Shown in pieces: positions 28,869 to 39,859 of a stretch of 64,000 bases of DNA. A program made the translations under genes and the position numbers. The DNA comes from an uncultured virus (IMG/VR IMGVR_UViG_2061766007_000671) (taxonomy: Duplodnaviria; Heunggongvirae; Uroviricota; Caudoviricetes): the IMG/VR virus record IMGVR_UViG_2061766007_000671. One strand, written 5' to 3'. The notes under the pieces are model-generated. The model was not told the origin of the DNA, ran no database searches, and saw nothing but the letters and a program-made list of their open reading frames with translations. Position 1 is the stretch's first letter; every line of letters starts with the position of its first letter.

Positions 28869-30307
28869 TGGCAGAATATTATATCGCCCCCAAAAGTTCG
28901 TTTGATGCCACAGCCGATGCCATCCGGGAGAAAACCGGGAGTCAGGCAACGATCGAGTGGACGGAAGATGGGTTTGCGGATGCGGTGGCGGCGATTCCGA
29001 CAGGTGGGGGAGGCACGGTTTGGACAAGACCTTCTGGTTGGCCCAATCTTGATGCTCTGGATATAAGCGGTGGGAACATCATTTATATGACTTACTCTGC
29101 AGATGAAATAAATGGATTCTGCGATTTTACTTGTAAAACATCTTCTGGACAGTACAAGGTAGAGGTCGGTACAGTTTCTGGGAGTACGTTCACTGCTGAA
29201 ACAACGTATGACATTAACAGCAACACAGCCTGTCGGCATTATTTTGGCTCCGCATTAGGTGGATATAAGGTTGTGCGGGTGACGGGAAACCTCACCTCTT
29301 TTGCAACATACAGCGCTGGTGTCAATAGTTATGATGGTCAATATAGATATGGGAACAACCAAGGAATGCTGGAGCTTCGTGGAAGGGCGCAGGGGCTAAC
29401 AGGAATTGAAGTTCGCGCAAAGCCCTTTTTGCAACACATTTACTTGTATGGTTCTTCTGCGACAAGCCTTTCTTTCAGAGACAATCCAAGATTGGTTCTT
29501 GCCGAACTCCCGTATGTAGTGACCTCATCGGCCACTACAATGTCTACTATGTTTATGTCCAACACGTCTCTTAGAAAAGTTGATACTACGGGTTGGGATT
29601 TAACAAATGTGGCATCGTTTAGCAACTGTTTTTATGGAAACAGTTCCTTGCAAGAACTTGATGTAAACGGCTGGAATACAGCAAATGTTACTGATTTTAC
29701 CAACATGTTTAATGGATGCTATGGGTTAAAAGAGATTGATGTAGGCGATTGGGATACGGGAAGCGGCACCGTTTTTAAGCAGATGTTTTATAATATTCGA
29801 GTAGCTGAAAGATTGGATGTCAGTGAGTGGGATATGTCGTCTGCCGTTGACATTAGCAGTATGTTCAATGCTTCACCAACTATCCAATTTGCCGGGGTTG
29901 GAGTAAAGAATTGGGATGTAGGTTCCGTGACAAATTTCTCAAGTGCATTTAATGGAACCCAAATTGAACAAATTGATATTAGCGGTTGGGATATGTCCAG
30001 CGGAACAAATACAGCTTCTATTTTCCAAAATTGTTCAAACATAACGGGCAGTTTAATAATCCCAGCGTCTATTACAACCATCGGAGCAAAAGCATTCAAC
30101 GCGGCGCGGTCAATTTTGGAGTTCCACTTCAAGTCTACTACGCCACCAGCACTCGACAATACAGACGCTTTTTCCAATATGACCGATGGCGGTGGCAAAA
30201 AAATCTATGTCCCGTATTCCGCAGACCACTCCATTCTCAACGCCTACCAAACCGCTACAAACTGGTCAACCTACGCTTCGTATATGCAAGAAGAACCGCA
30301 ATCATAA
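28868..30307 (+). CDS. BspA-family leucine-rich repeat (DUF285-like) protein
   Basis: Repeats such as LQELDVNGWNTANVTDFTNMFNGC; IPASITTIGAKAF; IYVP. Confidence 0.85.
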   Translation: MAEYYIAPKSSFDATADAIREKTGSQATIEWTEDGFADAVAAIPTGGGGTVWTRPSGWPNLDALDISGGNIIYMTYSADEINGFCDFTCKTSSGQYKVEVGTVSGSTFTAETTYDINSNTACRHYFGSALGGYKVVRVTGNLTSFATYSAGVNSYDGQYRYGNNQGMLELRGRAQGLTGIEVRAKPFLQHIYLYGSSATSLSFRDNPRLVLAELPYVVTSSATTMSTMFMSNTSLRKVDTTGWDLTNVASFSNCFYGNSSLQELDVNGWNTANVTDFTNMFNGCYGLKEIDVGDWDTGSGTVFKQMFYNIRVAERLDVSEWDMSSAVDISSMFNASPTIQFAGVGVKNWDVGSVTNFSSAFNGTQIEQIDISGWDMSSGTNTASIFQNCSNITGSLIIPASITTIGAKAFNAARSILEFHFKSTTPPALDNTDAFSNMTDGGGKKIYVPYSADHSILNAYQTATNWSTYASYMQEEPQS

Positions 30308-30319
30308 GGAGGAACCGCA

Positions 30320-31133
30320 ATGAGCGATTATTCAATAGTCCCCAATGCGGCTCTGACCGCGACGGCCGACGCCATACGGACGAAATCTGGCTCACAAGCC
30401 ACGATTGAGTTTGATCATAATACGGGGTTCAAAGATGCGGTGGATGCGATTCCTGTAAGCAGTGGGCCGACACTCGACCAACGATTTGGGAATCAGGAGT
30501 TTGATTATATTTCAAATTCTCCAAATCATTTAACGGAATATGCATTTATAAAATCCCCAATAAGAATAGTATCGTTACCAAATGTCGAAAGGGTCATTAA
30601 GGCATCATCTTCATCTGGCGACGGGACTTATGTTTTCGGGTATTGTAATTATCTCACTAAAGTGTACCTTCCAAAACTCAAAGCTACAGCAGCAAACTCA
30701 TCCGGGTTCTATTGTAATAATTATATGTGCCTTGGATGCACATCATTATTATATGCTGATGATAATACAATAGGTGGAAGAAATAATGCGGTTGGTACAT
30801 CGTATTTTTATCAGTGTTCATCATTAGAAAGTGCCGATTTTACAAAACTTTTATTTATTGGGGCCTCCGTATTTAATAGTAGCGCAATATCAATGTTGGT
30901 TCTAAGAAGTTCGACATTGGTTCGGCTATGGAATATTAATGCGTTTGGGAGTAGTCCGTTCGCTTCTGATGGTACTGGCGGNNNNNNNNNNNNNNNNNNN
31001 NNNNNNNNNNNNNNNNNNNTTGGGCTATGCCAATAACCAGATAAAAAGCATCGAAAGCACACCCACTGACCCCAATGCCCCCATTGATCTTACGCTGTAC
31101 TACGCCGATGGAACACCCATTCCGACAACATAA
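30320..31133 (+). CDS. LRR_5/BspA-like protein
   Basis: VSLPNV, FGYC.YLTKVYLPKL, FYQCSSLES.DF; N-terminus shared with the preceding gene. Confidence 0.75.
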
Positions 31134-31144
31134 GGAGGCAACAC

Positions 31145-31369
31145 ATGGCAATCGTAGTTGAACAATTCTATATAGGCGAACGCCTTTTCAATAAAACATA
31201 TTCTGATGCCGGGAGAGCCGTTGTCCGGGATGGTGTAAGCTACTCCGAGGCGTGTGACCCCGCAGAGTTTGGTCGTACCTATACCGAGGGCGAACTGCTT
31301 CCCGTTGATGATTCCGACCTTGCCGACAAAGCGGAGGCATTTGATATCCTTACGGGGGTGAGCGAATGA
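31145..31369 (+). CDS. hypothetical phage protein
   Basis: KTYSDAG......G..YSEA.DP....RTYTE motif; AAGGAGG RBS. Confidence 0.6.
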   Translation: MAIVVEQFYIGERLFNKTYSDAGRAVVRDGVSYSEACDPAEFGRTYTEGELLPVDDSDLADKAEAFDILTGVSE

Positions 31370-31773
31370 GACCGCAGGAGAAAGCGAGACAGCTCAGACC
31401 GTTCATTATCAAGGCGGCGGCGTCTCTGGATGACAAGGACGCATCTGAGGCCGTAGAGCTGTATGGTAATTATCCCAATGATGGCAGCGTCCTTGTTCAA
31501 AATGGAACCAGAATCAACTGGCATGGTGATCTGTACAGGGCGGCGGCTGACCTCTGGGGATCTGAGCAGAACGACCCCGACCATGCCCCGACCCTTTGGG
31601 ATAAGGTCATGTACCGCAAGGGAATCCGTATCATTCCCGAAGTCATCACGGCTGGGTTGGCGTTTTCTCAGGGAGAGCGCGGTTGGTGGGGCGATCATAT
31701 TTATGAGAGCCGTACCAATGCCAATGTCTATACTCCAGAACAATATCCTGATGGGTGGCAGCTCATCAGTTAA
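31366..31773 (+). CDS. carbohydrate-binding (CBM5/12-like) virion protein
   Basis: Trp-rich modules (PDHAPTLW; W...IYES...ANVYTP.QYP.GW). Confidence 0.55.
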   Translation: MRPQEKARQLRPFIIKAAASLDDKDASEAVELYGNYPNDGSVLVQNGTRINWHGDLYRAAADLWGSEQNDPDHAPTLWDKVMYRKGIRIIPEVITAGLAFSQGERGWWGDHIYESRTNANVYTPEQYPDGWQLIS

Positions 31774-31786
31774 ATGAGGTGATTCC

Positions 31787-32260
31787 ATGACCGATTCTCT
31801 GACTATATGGGGAACAGATTATACCGGGGTCAAGGGATTCAAGGCCGATGATGGGAACGACAATACCCTCGCGTATATAAGACCACAGGGAACAAAATCC
31901 ATCACCGAGAACGGCACAGGCATAGATGTTGCCGAATACGCCTCTGTGGATGTAAATGTACAAGGCGGTAGTACTACCGAAATAACGATTTCGGATAGCG
32001 GAGCCGTTAGTCAAGAACTTCAACCAAACACAGTGTACCACTTTACTTCAACGGCATTGACAAGTCTTACAATCACTTTCGCTCAGAATACAGGGCAGTA
32101 TCATTTCGATTTCATAAGTCCGTCAACTGCGGTTACTCTGACGATTCCGTCAAGTGTGGAGATGCCTTCCTCCTTTGGAGTAGAAGCAAACACTAAGTAT
32201 GAAATAGACATCCTTGACAATTATGGCGTCGCTTCGGAATGGATATATGAGGTACTGTGA
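31787..32260 (+). CDS. fibre-like hypothetical protein
   Basis: P.GTKSITENG..DVAEYASV.VNV motif. Confidence 0.5.
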   Translation: MTDSLTIWGTDYTGVKGFKADDGNDNTLAYIRPQGTKSITENGTGIDVAEYASVDVNVQGGSTTEITISDSGAVSQELQPNTVYHFTSTALTSLTITFAQNTGQYHFDFISPSTAVTLTIPSSVEMPSSFGVEANTKYEIDILDNYGVASEWIYEVL

Positions 32261-32814
32261 TGGATTTAAGTCTAAGAAGTGGTGTTATGAGATCAAAAGA
32301 CCCTAAAATCTTGTATCAGGCCAGAAACCTTGCTTGTACCGGGAGCAATATATTTGATACCGGGTTTGCTCCGTTTTCCGCCGAGAACATTAACAAGGAT
32401 TTTAGAATTACTCTTCGTTTTTCGTCTTTCGTAAAAACAGCCGGTAGCAATAATCAGGATGTTATTCTTGGATGCAAATACGAGGGGACAAAGAATGGAC
32501 AGCAATATCCCGGAATTTATGTTCGCCTTTATAACAGTAACCAGACTTTATTTCAGATCGGCGGCTACAATTATTGGCAACCAAAAATTACCGACGNNNN
32601 NNNNNNNNNNNNNNNNNNNNNNNNNNNNNNNNNNNNNNNCTTTTATGGCCAACTTGAAGGTGGTACTCGCAATACGTTAAGCGTTCGTTCTACTCAGTTT
32701 GACCAGAATATTATTCTTGGAGCAGGAGAGCAAACAAACGGGACAAAATTCAGATATAGTACTTGTACTATCGAGTTTATTAGAGTGGAGGTTTCCGGTT
32801 CTGGAATTGAATAA
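32260..32814 (+). CDS. lectin-like hypothetical protein
   Basis: G.N.FDTG beta-rich pattern; AT-rich. Confidence 0.4.
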   Translation: MDLSLRSGVMRSKDPKILYQARNLACTGSNIFDTGFAPFSAENINKDFRITLRFSSFVKTAGSNNQDVILGCKYEGTKNGQQYPGIYVRLYNSNQTLFQIGGYNYWQPKITDXXXXXXXXXXXXXXXFYGQLEGGTRNTLSVRSTQFDQNIILGAGEQTNGTKFRYSTCTIEFIRVEVSGSGIE

Positions 32815-33004
32815 GGAAACCCCATTATTGAGGAGCAGCAAAGAGGTGATTAAATGAACTTCATTGATATTGCCTCGTGGCAGGCTGGCNNNNNNNNNNN
32901 NNNNNNNNNNNNNNNNNNNNNNNNNNNNNNNNNNNNNNNNNNNNNNNNNNCGATTTAACCACGGTATTTGATAGCAATACCAATTATGTGAAAGGGTGAG
33001 CATC

Positions 33005-33704
33005 ATGGGAACGACATTTGAACAGATCGAATGCGCCGCCATGACATATATCAAAAACGATATGTCCCTTGACTGGGATATGAAAAACCGTCTGCCGGTA
33101 TTCTATCGGCGGNNNNNNNNNNNNNNNNNNNNNNNNNNNNNNNNNNNNNNNNNNNNNNNNNNNNNNNNNNNNNNNNNNNNNNNNNTATGAACCGCCCCAG
33201 TATTCGGATGTGCTGTACCACATTGAGGAAGAGCCGACCGAAATGCAGATCGAGGTCAGCACGGGCATCACGGACATGGACATCTGCTCCGCCGGGGTTG
33301 TCATGGACGATGAGTTTGGCAATCCGATGTATGTGCCCCTCACCGTTGAGAACTACAACGCAGAAACGGGTGTGGTTATCATCAGCGGAGACATGACCTT
33401 GGGGGACGAGATCGACATCGACTTCTACAAGTCCGGCGCTTTCGCCATCGATCTGAATGAAACAGAGTGCGACATCCTTGCGTTCTGCATCTACGATGTG
33501 TGGGAGCATCGCTTCGACAATAACGCCCTTGAGAGGGCTTCCAAGATCAGGGACGCCAACTTCACTACCATCTCAGAAGCCAGCCAGACGGCGGCGGGGA
33601 CTGCTCGGCAGGCAGCGGTGGACAGCCAGCTTTTCGATAAGCTTCGGATGTACGAGATGAACTGCGCATATCTGAAAACAGTGTCGAATACGCCGCTGTT
33701 TTAA
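33005..33704 (+). CDS. probable head-tail adaptor (gap)
   Basis: Position; DL...E..ILA......W, F...S.A motif. Confidence 0.5.
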
Positions 33705-33715
33705 CACTAAAGGGA

Positions 33716-35033
33716 GTGAGTATTACGGCTAACATCACACAATATGCCAAAACAGCCGGGACTCTCTCCGGCGTAGGGAACTATCCAAGGGGGAACAGGC
33801 AGCATTCGGACGGCAGTCTTCGCCCCCAGTACCTTGCGAACGAAACGCAGGCGTACATTCAGGAAATGGGCCAGTATGCATCCAATGTTTTCGCTGCCGA
33901 CTGCCAAGGTCTGAACCCCGATGACTTCTTTGAGTGGAAACGTGTCCAACTTCGTTCCGTTCGTGCGGCGCAGGCGCAGACCGGCTCGACTATGCCGGGG
34001 GATTGGCAGAGAATCCACATCATCAATCCTGCCAACTACACATATCTGCCCCAAGGCGCGATGCTCAAGTATGCCGACAACACATGGATCGTGTTCAAGG
34101 ATAAAAACATCGCCGCTTTCCAAGGGCAAGCCATTGTCCGGCGCTGCAACGCCGTGGTGAATGTCCTCGACTGGTACGGCAACATCGTCCCCGTCCCCAT
34201 TTCCTACGCCAAGATGGAGACGCTGGGCAACGCCCCTCACACCACAGAGAACACCATCACTTCCAAGAACTATATAGCCGTCATTTGCCAACTCAATGAG
34301 TATACGGAGAACTTCACGGAGAATACCCGTGTCCTTCTCGGCAAAACAGCCTACGCCATGCGTGGTATAGATGACTTCACCCGCGAGTTTACCGATGACC
34401 CTGACAGCGTTCACCTGCTCACGTTCACCATTGAGCGAGTGGAAGTGCAACCGCAGGATAATGTGAGCCTCGGCGTGGCGGACTACGGCGGATTTTCATG
34501 GNNNNNNNNNNNNNNNNNNNNNGAGAGTTGGGCAGTCACAGACGCTTTCCATGTCCAGCCAGCGCAATAACGTGGCGGTAGAGTCTTCTGACGAGCATCC
34601 GATCAGCTATTGGTTTGAGTCTTCAGACGAATCCATTCTGACGGTGGACGAAGATGGCGTGGTCACGGCAGTTGCGGAGGGGGAGGCGGACATCACCGTT
34701 TACCTCGACCAAAACGAGAACATTACGCAGACGGTGCATATCGAAGTGCCCTCCGCCGAAGCCGCTTATGTGGCGTTTACAAGCACAATACCCGCTACAA
34801 TGCACGAATATGACTCCATAACCGTGAAAGCCGCCTATTTTGAGGACGGAGAACCGACTGCTGAACAGTTGGTATTCACCTTTACAGGCCCGGAAGATGG
34901 GGCATATATGGTGGTCATGGACGATGTGAACACTTACACGGTCACATCTTTCCACGCTTCGCAAAGGCCGTTGGTCATAACGGCGCAGTACGGAGCGTAC
35001 TCTGAAACCACCTCGGTTTTCCTCATAACCTGA
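33716..35033 (+). CDS. neck/head-closure protein with Ig-like (Big_2) domain (split by gap)
   Basis: FESSDESILTVDEDGVVTAVAEGEADITV Big_2 motif. Confidence 0.6.
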
Positions 35034-35120
35034 CTTAAAAATGGTCTTGTGGGTGAAGATGCGACGTAAAAAGGGCCGGGGTGGGAGCCTGTTGCATAGA
35101 AAATAGGAGAAAATCTACCT

Positions 35121-36182
35121 ATGACGATAAGCACCGAGCTTAAAAGACAATGCGTAGAAATGAAGCGGTCGGGGAAGACATCAAGAGAAATCTATACGGA
35201 TTATTTCTCCAAAGAACATCCCGGCATGGCGTATGAAACTTTCCGGGTCAAGCTGAAACGGTGGCAAAAACAGACTTTTGCCGACGAAAAAACGCTGAAC
35301 GCCGGTACATATGACGGGTTTATCGCCCACGGAGCCACTGTTCAGGTCAACGGCAACGGCGAAGTAGTGCAGGCGTGGATCAAGCAACACGCCGATGACG
35401 GACAGATGGCAAGGCTCGTGGAGTTCATCGCAGAGAACACCACGCCCATATTCATCGACCGTGTTGCCAGCGATGAAGCTGTGCCGGAGATGCTTGAAAT
35501 CCCCCTTTTCGACCAGCATTTTCCCCAAAATGACCATATTGAGACCTTTATCGGCCTCGCTCCCATTGTCGAATCCAGACATTGGGAAGAAATAAACATC
35601 ATTATCGGTCAGGATATGCTCCATAACGATGACTTTCGTGGGCGCACATCATCCGGCAGACCCATCGAACAGGTGGACATGGTGAAGGGATGGGAACTGG
35701 CAAGACTGTTCTACGTTTCCCTCATTAAGACCTGCCTTGAGCACACAAACAAGCTGAAAATCACCTATTCCAAGGGAAACCACGATGAAAGCATGAGCTG
35801 GGCGTTCGTCCAAATGCTCAAAGCCATGTTCCCACAGGCTGAGTTTGACGATTCCCTTCGGCAGCGCAAGTGCATTTGGTGGCGGGAGTGCTTCATCGGC
35901 GTCACCCACGGTGCTTACAAGAAATCCTCTCTGACCGATCTTCGTGGTCAATTCTCTATACAATTTACAACGGAATTTGCGTCCGCCAAGGTGCGTGAGA
36001 TACACGCAGGACACCTCCACAGGGAGGAAGAGCGTGATATCTACGGCGTGATGTGCCGAAGGTTGTCCCACAGCGGCATCGAAGATGACTGGACAGACGA
36101 TGAAGGACTCATCGGTGCGAACAAACGCCTTATGGTATTCCGATGGAAGCCGGGGCGTTTGGCCGGGATCGATTACATATAA
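35121..36182 (+). CDS. calcineurin-like metallophosphoesterase with N-terminal HTH
   Basis: D.H, GQD..H.D, GNHD, THG, GHLH motifs. Confidence 0.8.
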   Translation: MTISTELKRQCVEMKRSGKTSREIYTDYFSKEHPGMAYETFRVKLKRWQKQTFADEKTLNAGTYDGFIAHGATVQVNGNGEVVQAWIKQHADDGQMARLVEFIAENTTPIFIDRVASDEAVPEMLEIPLFDQHFPQNDHIETFIGLAPIVESRHWEEINIIIGQDMLHNDDFRGRTSSGRPIEQVDMVKGWELARLFYVSLIKTCLEHTNKLKITYSKGNHDESMSWAFVQMLKAMFPQAEFDDSLRQRKCIWWRECFIGVTHGAYKKSSLTDLRGQFSIQFTTEFASAKVREIHAGHLHREEERDIYGVMCRRLSHSGIEDDWTDDEGLIGANKRLMVFRWKPGRLAGIDYI

Positions 36183-36193
36183 GGAGAAAAAAT

Positions 36194-36487
36194 ATGGAAT
36201 GCTCCCATGCTTATCTTGAGAAAAACATCGACTATCTGCTCTGCGATCTGGAGCCGAAGCCGAACAGACTGAACAGAAAAGACCTGTTTCATGCCGTCTG
36301 CCCCCACCAGGCGCACTGTCCCAAGGCCAACTGCCACAAGCTGACCGCATCCTGGGTAAAATGCGTGAAACTCGCAGAAGCCAACCAGACGGCGTATGAC
36401 GAGGTTTTGGACGAGGTAATGCCAGTGCAGGAGGACGCCCCCAAAAAGCGCACACGCAAAGCCACAGCGCCCAAATCCGAAGAATAA
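36194..36487 (+). CDS. hypothetical Cys-rich protein
   Basis: AAGGAG RBS. Confidence 0.55.
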   Translation: MECSHAYLEKNIDYLLCDLEPKPNRLNRKDLFHAVCPHQAHCPKANCHKLTASWVKCVKLAEANQTAYDEVLDEVMPVQEDAPKKRTRKATAPKSEE

Positions 36488-36526
36488 CGCAACGAACACA
36501 ACAAAACACAGTCGAAGGAGAATTAT

Positions 36527-37120
36527 ATGGCTGTATATGACATCATTATTACGGCGGAAGACATCAAGAACGCATCCGCATACACTACTCTTCCTGCCAA
36601 GGAAGTGCTTACGCGGAGCGTGGCTCAGTTCTGCATTGAGCCTGTGGAAGTTGAGGTGGACAAGGACACGCCCCTGCCGCCGATGTTCCGGGAAAACAGA
36701 AAGCTACGTTCCCAGTTCATGATGGGCATCCTCGCCTCGCTTCTCGGCAAGGAATACACCCTTCAGACGGTGAAAATCCGTGGGGACGAGTCCGCAGAGG
36801 AGCATCAACTGGCGTGGTGCATGGACGAAGATGACTACAATCTGTGGGCATCTTCCCATGTGATGAACCAGCTTGAACGGTTGAAGAAAAGCAAGGACAC
36901 CGAAACCGTGAACAAGCTGTTCGACTTCCTCTACGACTACAAAGCCATTGAGATGATGCTTCTCGGTGCTATCCGGGACGAACTGGATGTGGCGAACGAT
37001 CCGTTCAACCGCGCCATGCGGTACTTCAACAACATGGCAATGCAGTCGGCCATGAACAGCATGATGGACGGCGAACTCCGCAAGCTCATCGAAGAGAGAA
37101 AGGGTGAGAACAATGGCTGA
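36527..37120 (+). CDS. hypothetical tail-region protein
   Basis: AAGGAG RBS; operon context. Confidence 0.6.
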   Translation: MAVYDIIITAEDIKNASAYTTLPAKEVLTRSVAQFCIEPVEVEVDKDTPLPPMFRENRKLRSQFMMGILASLLGKEYTLQTVKIRGDESAEEHQLAWCMDEDDYNLWASSHVMNQLERLKKSKDTETVNKLFDFLYDYKAIEMMLLGAIRDELDVANDPFNRAMRYFNNMAMQSAMNSMMDGELRKLIEERKGENNG

Positions 37121-37784
37121 TAAGTGGGTGGGTGTGGAGCCGGATATGACCAGCCCCTACTACCCCTACCGCAAGGTCGTTGACGCCGACACCCTCGCCG
37201 GGATGGAACAGATACCCTACAAGCTGTGCAGATACCTGATGGATTTGCCGGACGGCAAGGGGTATGTACCTCCGTCCTCCAACAAATTCCCCCGCGCACG
37301 GCTGAAGAAACTCCTGTACTGGGACTGCGGTCTGCCCTTGGAGAAGCCACTCCCCACGCCACAGCAGATGCGGCAGTTGTTCTTCGACCCGGAGAACCCC
37401 GACAAGCCACCCGATCCTGACCGTGGCTACCGTNNNNNNNNNNNNNNNNNGTCGCTTGCCAACAGCAAGAGCCTTGTGCGTGTGTACCTCGGCGATGCGA
37501 GTACATTTGAGCGAACTGGTCAGTTCATTACACGGCAGACGGTGATGTTTGATGTGGTGGTGAACACGGGGATCGAGAGCAACACTGGCATGACGGCATC
37601 CAGCCGCGCCTACGACATCCTCCAGTGCATCATCGAGTCCATCGCCGGGGTGAACTTCGGTGGCATCGGCCCGCTGACGATGCGGATGATTACCAAGATC
37701 GATGACGAGCGGTACAACCTTGGGTACAAGATTTACTGCCACATCGACTGGGCCGGGGATGCTCCGAATCCGCACTTCGCATGA
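37113..37784 (+). CDS. probable tail terminator/completion protein
   Basis: Synteny before the tail tube gene. Confidence 0.4.
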   Translation: MADKWVGVEPDMTSPYYPYRKVVDADTLAGMEQIPYKLCRYLMDLPDGKGYVPPSSNKFPRARLKKLLYWDCGLPLEKPLPTPQQMRQLFFDPENPDKPPDPDRGYRXXXXXXSLANSKSLVRVYLGDASTFERTGQFITRQTVMFDVVVNTGIESNTGMTASSRAYDILQCIIESIAGVNFGGIGPLTMRMITKIDDERYNLGYKIYCHIDWAGDAPNPHFA

Positions 37785-37854
37785 CACTTTTCATATAAAT
37801 ATACCTGCATGAAATCCCACTTTTCATACAAGTACAATGCCGAAGGAGAGTTAT

Positions 37855-38657
37855 ATGGCATTTGCTGATAGATACCGCCAACAGATCCGAGAGAACGTCC
37901 CTGTCGTTTACGAGGATTTGAAATTTTACCCGCTGACGGTACGGGATTACGGTCTGTACATGACCGCCAAGCCTGCATTTGAACTGATGCTTTCGTCACT
38001 GAAAGACCCAAAGTTGGCGCGGCTTTCGTGGTGCGCTTGCCTATGGGCTTTGGACAGAGAGTGCGAACAGCAAACGGGAAAACTGGGAATGTTTCTGACC
38101 CAGGTTCTCTATGTGCTGGCAATGGCGTTGCGGCTCGACGNNNNNNNNNNNNNNNNNNNCGCCCTGTGTTCGCCCAGTCCGGGGAGCTGACGGCAATCAT
38201 GATTGGCGATGTGCAGATAGGAAACTACGCCCTTCTGAACATGAGACAGATGGACGATGTTCGTGAGATTATAGCGGCTCAAAATGGCTATGACCTACCG
38301 AACGAGAACTGGAACCCGGAACTTGTCCGGGCCGCGCAGGAAAACGCAAGCCGGAACAGTATGAACCTCGACCTTGACTTTGAGGACTTGGTTTACTCCG
38401 TAGCGTTGAACGCCCACTGCCGTGCTTCAGACATCTACGGGTGGACGATCCGCGAGTTCCACAAAACGCAGGATGCCATCGACCGAACTCTGGGCTATGT
38501 GATTTATTCATTGGCCGATAAGAGCGGGTTCGTGACATTCAAAAACGGAACGCCCTACCCGACATGGAAATTCGACCGCAAGAACGACACGCCCGCTGGA
38601 TTCAAAACGATTGCAGAGATTGATGAATCCGCACACGGTCTGCTTGCGGGACTCTGA
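37855..38657 (+). CDS. probable tail assembly protein (split by gap)
   Basis: Synteny; TIR.F motif near the C-terminus. Confidence 0.45.
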
Positions 38658-38688
38658 AACAAATCACGAATAAGGAGTGAAATAACCT

Positions 38689-39753
38689 ATGGCTTTCACC
38701 TTCAAACCCGAAGAGCTTTTCTCCAAGGGTATTGTCTATGCCGAGTTCTTTGACCCCGCCACCGATGACCTGCTGGGCTACTCCCGGTATGTTGCTGACT
38801 TCGGTCTGGCTGGCTCTGTGAACCAAGGCGAAGTGGTGGCTGGCCCNNNNNNNNNNNNNNNNNNNNNNNNNNNNNNNNNNNNCCTGAACAACATGGCTCT
38901 GCCCGTCGGCGGAACCATCGCTGGTAACGGCGTGGTCGAAACCACCGTTGCGCTGACCGCCAACGGTGCTTCTCTGAGCGGTCTGGCGAACGCCGTCGCC
39001 CCTCTGGGCGGCGCGAATGGTGCTGTCTGCTATGTGCTGACCTCTTCCGGCACTGACCGCGCCGCTGTTGAGGCCGCAAGCGGTGAGGCTCACGCCGTTG
39101 CCGAGGGAGTCGTTCAGGACTTTGAGGCCGTGAACGGCAACACCTACTGCGTGAAGTACTTCTATCAGAACTCTTCCGCCATGCAGCTTACCGTCCCCGC
39201 CCTGTTCGCCCCCAAGGTAGTCCGGGCGCACTTTGCTGTGAACTGCTACTCCAAGCAGACTGGTGGAGAGGTGCTGGCTTCCAGCCTGTACAAGATCCGC
39301 CACTATGTGTTCCCCTACTATATGTTCACCAACCCCATGGAGGACACCCTGTCCCAGACCGCTACCGGGACTGTCAACCTGTCCGGCACTTGCCTGTCCT
39401 ATCAGGAAGCCATTACTGCGGGCGTGTGCAATGTGGATACCGCTGGCGTGTACGGCTATGTCGTGGACGAGNNNNNNNNNNNNNNNNNNNNNNNNNNNAC
39501 TTCATCGGCCTTGGCGCTGGCGTTTCCATCGTGAAGTCCACCAGCATGAGCCTGCCCGTGAAGTACAGCATCAACGGTGTTCTGTCCCCCATCTCCGACA
39601 TGAGCCAGGTGACCTTCACCGCCGCGTCCGCCGTGGTCAGCTTCNNNNNNNNNNNNNNNNNNNNNNNNNNNNNNNNNNNNNNNNNNNNNNNNNNNNNNNN
39701 NNNNNNNNNNNNNNNNNNNNNNNNNNNNNNNNNNNNNNNNNNNNNCGTCCTAA
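38689..39753 (+). CDS. major tail (tube) protein (gaps)
   Basis: Strong codon bias, AAGGAG RBS, followed by a hairpin, upstream of the tape measure gene. Confidence 0.65.
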
Positions 39754-39762
39754 GTAAACCTA

Positions 39763-39791
39763 AAGCCCCGGCCCACTCCGGGTCGGGGCTT
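39763..39791 (+). terminator. hairpin after the major tail gene
   Basis: AAGCCCCGGCCC-ACTCC-GGGTCGGGGCTT. Confidence 0.6.
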
Positions 39792-39859
39792 GCCCCTATC
39801 TATTCCCAAAACTCTAAATTTTTTGGAGTTTGGGGAATGGACAGGAAAGGAGGATACAC

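Noticed and set aside
27363..32814. Diversity-generating retroelement acting on the fibre genes
   Set aside because: No reverse transcriptase and no template/variable repeat pair differing at adenines was seen in the window
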